DNA of 64,000 bases from an uncultured Actinomycetota bacterium. Its GTDB lineage: Bacteria > Actinomycetota > Actinomycetes > JAHEKZ01. The position numbers and the translations under genes were made by a program. The notes beneath the pieces were generated by a model. That model was not told where the DNA came from, searched no databases, and saw only the letters and a program-made list of their open reading frames with translations. Where the stretch lies: NCBI GenBank assembly GCA_963718235.1, contig CAVQYR010000001.1, positions 1-64,000 on the forward strand, written 5' to 3'. Positions 39,947-47,218 of the stretch are shown here, in pieces. Position 1 is the stretch's first letter. Every line of letters starts with the position of its first letter.

Positions 39947-40587
39947 GCGTCGCGGCGACGGCGCGCGGCGAGCAGCAGCGCGGTGCCGCCGGCCAGCAGC
40001 ACGCCGGCCACGAGCAGGGTCGAGGCGATCTGCCCACCGGTACGGGGCAGCGCTCCGTTGATGATCGGGATGCCGCTGCCGGCTGTGTCACCGGCGGTGG
40101 TCGAGCCGCCGGACCCACCGGTCCCACCGGCGGTGCCGGACCCGCCCGACCCGCCGTTGCCGCCGTTGCCCGCCGGGTCGGCGGTGGTGACCGTGACGCT
40201 GGTGACCAGCTCGAGGGGCCCACCCTCGGACGCGGTGCCGCTGAACGCGACTCGGTTGACCCCGGCCTGGTCGAAGGTGATGCCCTGCCGGACCACGCCC
40301 TTGGCGTCTGCGGCACCCGTGCCGCTGGCTGCCTGACCGGTCGGGGCGGTCACCGCGTAGGTGACCGACGAGCCCGGCACGAACGTCTGGACCCGGAAGG
40401 TCAGCACCCCACCGCGGGCCACCACGAACGAGGAGGCGGAGATCTGGTTGAACACCGGCGGGTAGTCGGGCTCGGCCCACGCGGGCGCGGCAGCAGGGAC
40501 GGCGACCACGGCGGTCGCAAGGGCTACGGCCAGCGCCCGGCGCACCCCGAACCGGCCCAGGGGCGAGCCCTTGGTCGAGTCAGTCAT
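39943..40587 (-). CDS. Sortase-type LPXTG cell-wall-anchored protein
   Basis: Signal peptide ending AWA, Gly/Ser linker, LPRTG + TM + RRRR tail. Confidence 0.88.
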   Translation of the reverse strand: MTDSTKGSPLGRFGVRRALAVALATAVVAVPAAAPAWAEPDYPPVFNQISASSFVVARGGVLTFRVQTFVPGSSVTYAVTAPTGQAASGTGAADAKGVVRQGITFDQAGVNRVAFSGTASEGGPLELVTSVTVTTADPAGNGGNGGSGGSGTAGGTGGSGGSTTAGDTAGSGIPIINGALPRTGGQIASTLLVAGVLLAGGTALLLAARRRRDA

Positions 40588-40687
40588 CGGGTGTCCCCAA
40601 TCTGGGTCGTTGGGCCGTGCAGCCGTCACCGGCCGGCGCCGGTCGAGCCGTTCGTAGCCTAGCGCGGGAGGGCCCGCACAGCCGGGA

Positions 40688-42562
40688 TCAGCACCCTGGA
40701 TCATCGGCACGCACGACGATCGGCTTGACCAGGGGGCTCACGAAGGTCCGCGGGGTCGGATCGACCCCCTCCGGGCGTGGGGGCTCCAGGACGTCGAAGG
40801 TCAGCCGGGCCGCACGCCCGGCCGGGATCGCCACCGGCACCCGGAACACCGGCCGGCCCCGCTCGACGCCCGGCGCCACGGCCACCGGACGCCCGTCCAG
40901 CTCGGCCTTCACCAGAGCGGCGTCCTGGGCGGCGTAGACCTGCGCGTAGACGAAGTGGTCGCCGCCCCGGCTGACCCCCACCCCGCCGGGTCCGAGCGGG
41001 AGGTCGAGCCGCTGGTCGACGTAGAGCGGGAGGGTGCCCCGCTTGGGCGCCTCGTTACGCAGCGTGACCGTGATCCGGGTCAACGAGGAGCCGTCGGCAT
41101 TGCACCGCACCGTCTCGTAGTCCAGCTCCTGGGCCAGGTAGTAGTCGAGCTTGTTGCCCGACCCGTTGATCACCGCGAGCCCGGCGAAAGGCCCTGGCCC
41201 CTCGGGCACCACCCCGCCGACCGACGTCGTCTCGAGCAGTGCCTGCTCGTCGGGGACGGCGGAGTACACGAGCAGCCGCCGATCGTCGGCAGCGTGGCCC
41301 AGTGCGTCGAGCAGCGCCTGGGGGTCACCCTCACCGCTGAGCATCCGGCGCAGCACCGTCTTGCCGACCTCCTGCAGGTAGAGGTCACGCTTGCCGTCGT
41401 TCCGGATCACCGAGTAGACCTCGTTCTCGGTGAACGGGACGACGTTGTCCGCCGAGATCACCCGACCGTCAGCCATGGCTGCCGGACCGGTGACGGCGAG
41501 CAGGTACTTCATGGTGACCGGGTCGAGGGTGATCACGCCGTCGAGCTGGTCGCCGGTGCGGTCGGCGTACATCTGCAGCCACAGCTGCGCCGCGTATGGG
41601 TAGTGGGGCGACAGGTTCGCGCTCGCCCAGGTGCCCGGCTCGTCGCCGTACAGCGCCGCGTAGTCGGGGCCGAAGTCCAGCGGCGGCTTGTCGTAGACCA
41701 GCGGGTCGAGGTCGGAGCGGGGCGCGACCTTCTCGACGGTCACCTTGCCGTCGTCGGCGCGGATGATCCCGTACGCGCCGAGGAACCCCCCGGTCCCCCT
41801 CGCCTCGTTGTTGCTCTGGATGGCCAGGAAGTACCGGCGCGGGCCGTCGGCCCCGAGCATGGGTGGCAGCAGCCGGACCGCCTTGAGTGCCGCCTCGGTG
41901 GTGGCTGTCGTGTCGTCAAGCTGGCTGGTGAGGTCGTCGACCGCCCGGCCGACCCGTGCGGGGGTGAACCCGAGCTCGAGGTCGGCGAGCTGGGCCTGGG
42001 CGTCCGCCAACCCGACCAACGCCTGTTCCAGGGGCGGCCCGGCCCGCTCGAAGGCCGCGAGGTCGATCCGGTTGCCCGCAGACCTCAGCGTGCGCGGGTC
42101 GAGAGCCGCTCCGGCGTCGACGAGGTCAGCCAGCGCGCCGTCGGCCAGGTCGTCGGCGGTCTCGGCGACGGTGGACACGGCCGCTGGCGTCTGCCCCAGC
42201 AGCGGGACGGCGGCCGCCACCGCGAAGACCGGGTCGGAGGTGAGGTCTCGCGCGCGCTGGGTGTTGCCCTGCGCGGCCGCCAGCGACTGCTCGGCGGCGG
42301 GAACGTCGCCCTGGCGCAGCGCCGCGCTCGTGGCCGAGAGGTCGTCCTGCGCTGCCGTGAGGGCGTCGGCCGCGCTCGAACCCCGCACGTACAGCCAGGC
42401 CGCTGAGGCAACGGCGAGCACGAGCAGGACGGTGCATCCGGCCAGCAGGTACAGCGCAGTGCGCCGCCCTCCGGAGCGACGTCGTCCCGACGACTCAGCA
42501 GACGACTCAGCAGACGACTGGGCAGACGACTCGGTGTCGCGGGACCGCCCGTGCTTGGCCAT
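40688..42562 (-). CDS. DUF4012 domain protein
   Basis: LPPMLGADGPRRY...QSNNEARGTGG, NLSPHYP, GNKLDYY; N-terminal TM. Confidence 0.88.
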   Translation of the reverse strand: MAKHGRSRDTESSAQSSAESSAESSGRRRSGGRRTALYLLAGCTVLLVLAVASAAWLYVRGSSAADALTAAQDDLSATSAALRQGDVPAAEQSLAAAQGNTQRARDLTSDPVFAVAAAVPLLGQTPAAVSTVAETADDLADGALADLVDAGAALDPRTLRSAGNRIDLAAFERAGPPLEQALVGLADAQAQLADLELGFTPARVGRAVDDLTSQLDDTTATTEAALKAVRLLPPMLGADGPRRYFLAIQSNNEARGTGGFLGAYGIIRADDGKVTVEKVAPRSDLDPLVYDKPPLDFGPDYAALYGDEPGTWASANLSPHYPYAAQLWLQMYADRTGDQLDGVITLDPVTMKYLLAVTGPAAMADGRVISADNVVPFTENEVYSVIRNDGKRDLYLQEVGKTVLRRMLSGEGDPQALLDALGHAADDRRLLVYSAVPDEQALLETTSVGGVVPEGPGPFAGLAVINGSGNKLDYYLAQELDYETVRCNADGSSLTRITVTLRNEAPKRGTLPLYVDQRLDLPLGPGGVGVSRGGDHFVYAQVYAAQDAALVKAELDGRPVAVAPGVERGRPVFRVPVAIPAGRAARLTFDVLEPPRPEGVDPTPRTFVSPLVKPIVVRADDPGC

Positions 42563-42563
42563 G

Positions 42564-43481
42564 TCAGGCCTCGACGATCACGTCTTGGGCGGCCGAGACC
42601 GGCTCGGCGTCACCGACCTCGACCGTGAGCACCGCATCGATCGGAACGTTGCGCTTCACCAGCGCCAGCGCGACCGGACCCAGCTCGTAGTGCTGCACCG
42701 CAGTCCCGACGAAGCCGACCGCGCGGCCGTCGAGCGACACCTGCGCGGCGTGCGCCGGCAGCACGTTCGTCGAGCCGTCCAGGTGCAGCCGCACGAGACG
42801 ACGCGGCGGGCGGCCGAGGTTCTGCACGCGGGCTACCGTCTCCTGTCCGCGGTAGCAGCCCTTGTCGAGGTGCACGGCGGGGCCGATCCAACCGACCTCG
42901 TGCGGGATCGTGCGGTGGTCGGTCTCCAGGCCGAGGCGAGGTCGGCCGGCCGCGACGCGCAGTGCCTCGTGGGCCCAGACCCCGGCCGGGTCGCCGGCTT
43001 GTGTGCGGTACTCGTCGAGCCGAGGGCGCTCGACCAGCTCGAGGTGGTCGTCGCCGTCCATGCCGTGGGGGCCGGGCCGCCACAGGACCGCCCAGGTGTC
43101 GCTGACCTCGGCGATGTCGACGTCGGACCAGAACTTCATCCGCTGGAGGTACTCGACCAGCGCCTCGGCGGTGCCGGGCTCGACGACCGCCCACGCGGTC
43201 TCGCCGTCGTCGACGAGGGTCAGGTGGTGCTCGACGTGCCCGTTGGGGCTGAGCACGAGTGCCTCGGTCCAGGTGTGCGGCGGCAGCTCGGTGAGGTGCT
43301 GGGAGGTGATCGAGTGCAGCCAGGTGAGCCGGTCCGGGCCGCTCACCCGGACGACCGGGTGGTGGGACAGGTCGACGTAGCCCTCGCCGTCGTCGAGTCT
43401 GCGCTGCTCACGCAGCGGGTCGCCGTAGTGCCACACCGCCCCGTGGTCGAGACCCTCGGCGTCGACCGTCACCGCGGTCAT
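42564..43481 (-). CDS. ygfZ: Folate-binding YgfZ/GcvT-like protein
   Basis: Signature KGCYRGQE; WHYGDPLREQR. Confidence 0.9.
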   Translation of the reverse strand: MTAVTVDAEGLDHGAVWHYGDPLREQRRLDDGEGYVDLSHHPVVRVSGPDRLTWLHSITSQHLTELPPHTWTEALVLSPNGHVEHHLTLVDDGETAWAVVEPGTAEALVEYLQRMKFWSDVDIAEVSDTWAVLWRPGPHGMDGDDHLELVERPRLDEYRTQAGDPAGVWAHEALRVAAGRPRLGLETDHRTIPHEVGWIGPAVHLDKGCYRGQETVARVQNLGRPPRRLVRLHLDGSTNVLPAHAAQVSLDGRAVGFVGTAVQHYELGPVALALVKRNVPIDAVLTVEVGDAEPVSAAQDVIVEA

Positions 43482-43954
43482 ACGTCGCCCCGCGCCAGGC
43501 ACTCGGAGCAACGGCCGTACAGCGCGAAGTGCCGGACGTCGGCCTCGAAGCCGTGCTCGTCACGCAGTGCGGCCTCCAACGGTCGGGCCACCGACTCGTC
43601 GACGTGCTGCACGACGCCGCAGTCGCGGCACACCAGGTGGAGGTGGTCGGCGTCGTCGGCCACATGGTACGTCGGCGCACCATGGCCCAGATGGGTGTGC
43701 GTGACGAGCCCGAGCTGCTCGAGCAGGTCGAGGGCGCGGTAGACCGTCGAGACGTTGACTCCGGACGCCGTCCGCTGCACCTCGGCTGCGATCTCGTCGG
43801 GTGTGGAGTGCCCGAGCGTGCCCACCGCCTGGAGGACCAGTTGACGTTGGGGGGTCAGCCGGTAGCCGCCGTCGTGCAAGGTCTGCTGCAGGTCGTCGCT
43901 TCTCTGCTCAGGGGGCTGCCCAGTGGCCCGCTCAGGGGACTGCTCAGTGGCCAT
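43478..43954 (-). CDS. nur: Fur-family regulator, Nur (nickel uptake regulator)-like
   Basis: GYRLTPQRQLVL...STVYRALDLL...HTHLGHGAPTYH...HLVCRDC...HFALYGRCSEC, resembling Streptomyces Nur. Confidence 0.8.
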   Translation of the reverse strand: MATEQSPERATGQPPEQRSDDLQQTLHDGGYRLTPQRQLVLQAVGTLGHSTPDEIAAEVQRTASGVNVSTVYRALDLLEQLGLVTHTHLGHGAPTYHVADDADHLHLVCRDCGVVQHVDESVARPLEAALRDEHGFEADVRHFALYGRCSECLARGDV

Positions 43955-43961
43955 GGGGCGG

Positions 43962-44495
43962 CTACTCGGGCGAGCGCACGAGGCGCGCCCACAGGTGAGG
44001 CTGCAGTGGTTGTCCGACGGCGGCCATGTCGTAGGCCCACATGAGCTCGCCGTCGACCAGGCCGTAGAGCCGGTGCCCGGCGGTGTACTCCTTGGCGGAC
44101 TCGGTGCGGGCCACGAGGTCGGTGCGCAGCTCGATCTTCGGCCCGTCGACCTCACCGAGCCAGATCTCGACGTAGCCGGTGGGGTGGGAGAGCAGCACCT
44201 CGACCGGGAACGGCGCCCGCGCCGCTCGGGCGTCGTCGGCGTCGACGCCGGGCATGGGCCGCCAGAAGCCGGTCTCGGTCGCGAGCGGGCGGACGAGCTG
44301 GTCGTCGTCGTCCAGCAGCCACGTCTTCGACCGGTAGCTGACGAAGGGCTTGCCGTTCTGCTCGAAGACGACCTCCTGGGCGAACCGGAACGGCTCGATC
44401 GTGGGGTAGTCGCCGTGACCCTGCCCCTCCCAGCGGCCGAGCAGCCAGGCCAGAGGGGCGCACTGCGGCGCGAGGTCGGCGGGGAAGTCGAACAC
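43962..44495 (-). CDS. FABP/nitrobindin (DUF1794) family protein
   Basis: LAWLLGRWEG.G.GDYPTI; ETGFWR; RLYGLV. Confidence 0.88.
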   Translation of the reverse strand: MFDFPADLAPQCAPLAWLLGRWEGQGHGDYPTIEPFRFAQEVVFEQNGKPFVSYRSKTWLLDDDDQLVRPLATETGFWRPMPGVDADDARAARAPFPVEVLLSHPTGYVEIWLGEVDGPKIELRTDLVARTESAKEYTAGHRLYGLVDGELMWAYDMAAVGQPLQPHLWARLVRSPE

Positions 44496-44506
44496 GGTCG
44501 GCCGGA

Positions 44507-44608
44507 TCAGTCCTGGCCCTTGTAGAGCTTGTACACGACGTAGACCGAGAACCAGCCGATCAGCAGCGCGACGGCGACGAGCAAGCCCGTGTAAACGATT
44601 TCCAGCAC
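44507..44608 (-). CDS. 33-aa small membrane protein (below the ORF-track cutoff)
   Basis: MLEIVYTGLLVAVALLIGWFSVYVVYKLYKGQD*, single TM, stop 11 nt upstream of the FABP gene. Confidence 0.65.
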   Translation of the reverse strand: MLEIVYTGLLVAVALLIGWFSVYVVYKLYKGQD

Positions 44609-44626
44609 GTCGGGCAGTCTATCCCG

Positions 44627-45151
44627 GTGAGCTCACCCGAACCGCCGCCGTCGGCGGACCCGTCGTCCACGATCAGTCGACACGAGGCCGAGCGGGTGTC
44701 CGGCGCGGTCTACGGCACGATCGTCGCCACAGGCGTGGTTGCCGCCTCCGCCGGGCCGGCGGCCGACCCCGCACGCATCATCGGCCTGCTGCTCGGCACC
44801 TCGGCGGTCTTCTGGCTCGCGCACGTCTACGCACGCTCGGTGGCCGCCTCGATGGTGCTCGGGCGAGCAGTCACCCGCCGCGAACGTCGTCACCTGGCGA
44901 CTCAGGAGTGGCCCATGCTGCAGTCGGCCCTTCCGTTGGTCGTCGCCCTGGTGCCGGGCAAGCTGGGCTGGATCCCGGTGGCGTCGTCCCTATGGCTAGC
45001 GGTCGGCGTCGGCGTTGCCGCGCTGGTGGTCTGGGGCATCCGGATCGGCCAGCTGGAGCGCCGCGGTACGTGGAACCTCTGGCGCAACGCCCTGGTGACC
45101 GCGAGCTTCGGGTTCGTGATCGTGGTGATGAAGGCCTGGATCAGCCACTAG
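44627..45151 (+). CDS. Hypothetical membrane protein
   Basis: GAVYGTIV...VFWLAHVYA; about five TM segments. Confidence 0.7.
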   Translation: MSSPEPPPSADPSSTISRHEAERVSGAVYGTIVATGVVAASAGPAADPARIIGLLLGTSAVFWLAHVYARSVAASMVLGRAVTRRERRHLATQEWPMLQSALPLVVALVPGKLGWIPVASSLWLAVGVGVAALVVWGIRIGQLERRGTWNLWRNALVTASFGFVIVVMKAWISH

Positions 45152-45866
45152 CCCGGTGTGCGGCGTGCCGGACGAGCACTTCGGCCGTGTGCCGCCGCAT
45201 CGCCGCTGTGGTCGGGCGGCGCAGCTCGAGGGTGACCGCCGACTTGTGCGGGTACAGGTCGTTGAACCACGTGGTCATGTTGCCGCCGGAGGAGCCCAGC
45301 CTGCGGGCCGGGAGCCCCAGACGATCGGCCAGCCAGAGCGTGTGCTGCCGGTTCGCACCCTGCGAGAAGTCGACACAGGCCAGCGGCTGGTGCATCGAGG
45401 TGATCGTGTGCGGCTGCAGGTCGGTGAGGAACCGGGTCATGACCCGCGCCTCCCGCTCGCTCAACGGCTCGGGGCCGGAGTAGATGCTCGTGCCCTCGCC
45501 CTGCACCTTCCAGTGCGGGCCGTCGAAGTTGCGGTTCAGGTCGACGCCGTGGGCGTTGGTACGCCGTCCGACGGCCAGGCCGTCGGGGTTGATCGTCGGG
45601 ACGAGCCACAGCTGGACCCCACGAGGGGCGGAGCGGCGCAGCAGGTGCTGGCGCACGACCTGGGTTCCCGCGGGCTCCTCGCCGTGCATGCACCCGACCA
45701 CCAGGTAGCGGCTGGGTGCGTCGTCCGGGCCGATCCGGTAGGCGACGATCGGACGGTCCTTCACCGAGTGGCCGATCCGGTAGCGGGTGAGCTCGTGGCG
45801 GGGGCCGGAGCCGGGCACCAGGAGTGCACCGACCCCACCGAGGAACTGGCCGCGGGAGAGGTCCAT
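45141..45866 (-). CDS. M14 zinc carboxypeptidase (MpaA-like)
   Basis: MHGEE, NPDG, NAHGVDLNRNF, SEREA. Confidence 0.85.
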   Translation of the reverse strand: MDLSRGQFLGGVGALLVPGSGPRHELTRYRIGHSVKDRPIVAYRIGPDDAPSRYLVVGCMHGEEPAGTQVVRQHLLRRSAPRGVQLWLVPTINPDGLAVGRRTNAHGVDLNRNFDGPHWKVQGEGTSIYSGPEPLSEREARVMTRFLTDLQPHTITSMHQPLACVDFSQGANRQHTLWLADRLGLPARRLGSSGGNMTTWFNDLYPHKSAVTLELRRPTTAAMRRHTAEVLVRHAAHRASG

Positions 45867-45886
45867 CAGGGCATGATCCCCGATCC

Positions 45887-45927
45887 GCTGAGAAATCAGG
45901 CCCTCAGCCGGCGCATTTCCTCAGCAG
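45887..45927. repeat. REP-like palindrome, family A, copy 3
   Basis: Reverse complement CTGCTGAGGAAATGCGCCGGCTGAGGGCCTGATTTCTCAGC closely matches copy 2. Confidence 0.7.
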
Positions 45928-46070
45928 TGTCGCCCGGATCTGGGCGGTCACGTCGTCCGGGCGCCGGGTCAGGTCGTCCCAGGTGAAGCGCAGCACCGTG
46001 TACCCCGCGGCGATCAGCCGGTTCTGCTTCGCGCGGTCGCGCTGGAAGGCCGCGCGCCGACCGTGGACCC
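45905..46070 (-). pseudogene. DUF559 (Vsr-like endonuclease) C-terminal remnant
   Basis: HGRRAAFQRDRAKQNRLIAAGYTVLRFTWDDL. Confidence 0.65.
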
Positions 46071-46466
46071 GACGCGCCGGCTGAGCAGGTAGACCTCGCA
46101 GCCCAGGCAGTAGCCGAACGCGGCGTTGAGGAAGGCAGCAGCCAGCGCCGCGGCGACGGCGACCTGCCCGACGAGCGTGGCGCCGGCGAGCAGCGCAACG
46201 GTCCCGACCACGGCGAAGCCGAGGCCGACGAGCTGGGCGAAGCGCGGCGGCTGCTCGGCCTCGAGCGCGGCGGGCGGGGCGAGCCGGGGGCGCACGAAGC
46301 GACGGAACAGCACGCCATAGGGCGCGCGCTGCAGCCCGGCGAACGCGCCGACGGCGAAGACCACGGCCTGCGCAGCGAGCAGCCAGGTGCTGCCAGTGAG
46401 CAGGACGAGGGCGAGGACGACGGTCGTGAGCGCTGCGGCGAAACGAGGACCACGGGGGTCGATCAT
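46014..46466 (-). CDS. DUF4395 membrane protein
   Basis: MIDPRGPRFAA...PPRFAQLVG...NAAFGYCLGCEVY. Confidence 0.88.
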   Translation of the reverse strand: MIDPRGPRFAAALTTVVLALVLLTGSTWLLAAQAVVFAVGAFAGLQRAPYGVLFRRFVRPRLAPPAALEAEQPPRFAQLVGLGFAVVGTVALLAGATLVGQVAVAAALAAAFLNAAFGYCLGCEVYLLSRRVGSTVGARPSSATARSRTG

Positions 46467-46535
46467 GGGGACTCCTTGCCGCCGAGGGCGGACGGGAGGG
46501 TCGTCAGGGACGACGGAGGGCGGGCGGACGTGGCG

Positions 46536-46613
46536 TCAGCGCGCGCAACACAGGCAGGTGGCGACGCGGCACAGGTCGACCGCGCGTCGCTGGGTGAGCA
46601 TCACCGGCTGCAT
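46536..46613 (-). CDS. Cys-rich leader (attenuator) peptide, Ms5788A-type
   Basis: MQPVMLTQRRAVDLCRVATCLCCAR*; TACGGT -10 box 7 nt before ATG (leaderless); directly upstream of DUF4395. Confidence 0.8.
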   Translation of the reverse strand: MQPVMLTQRRAVDLCRVATCLCCAR

Positions 46614-46689
46614 GGGCCCGACCGTACTGCCGATCCGGACGCCTGAGACCCCGGTGTCCAGGATGCGAGACAGGGTCTCGGTCGTCCAG

Positions 46690-47107
46690 TCATCGGACCG
46701 CGTGCCCCAGCGCCGCGATCACGTCGGCCTTGCGCGGCTGGCCGCTAGCCCGCCGCACCACGTGCCCCTCCTGGTCGAGTACGAGCACGGTCGGTGTCCG
46801 CAAGATGTCGAGCCGGCGCACGAGCTCCAGGCTGCGCCTCGGCGTCGATCTCGACGTGCGAGACGCCGTCGACCTGGCCGGCCACGTCGTCGAGCACCTG
46901 CCGGGTCGCCCGGCACGGCTGGCAGAACGCGCTGGAGAACTGCACCAGGGTGGCGCGCGGCCCGAGATCGGCGCCGAGGTCGGCTGCGGTCAGGCGGGGC
47001 CCGGACGGCGACCCCACCACGCGACCGTCGGTGCGCCGCCGGTACAGGCCGAACGCCGTGCCGGCCGCGAGGACGGCCACGACGAGGAGCACTCCGGTCG
47101 GGTCCAC
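46690..47107 (-). CDS. Membrane-anchored thioredoxin-family protein (frameshifted)
   Basis: N-terminal TM; FSSAFCQPCR; LRTPTVLVLD in the shifted frame. Confidence 0.82.
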
Positions 47108-47150
47108 GGGAGTCTCAAGCCCTGGCGCCCCGCCGTCCATTCCCCCCGCC

Positions 47151-47218
47151 CAAGTTGATCAAGGAGAAGATGAGGCCCCAGGCGGTCGAACTGGCAGATC
47201 AAGTCCAAGATCAACTTG
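47151..47218. repeat. 68-bp palindrome-ended repeat, family B, copy 1
   Basis: CAAGTTGATC...GATCAACTTG; 62/68 identical to 55785-55852. Confidence 0.85.

Noticed and set aside
42489-42532. 12-bp tandem repeat as a regulatory or phase-variation tract
   Set aside because: It is in-frame, encodes SSAQ/SSAE in the disordered DUF4012 N-terminus, and cannot shift the frame.
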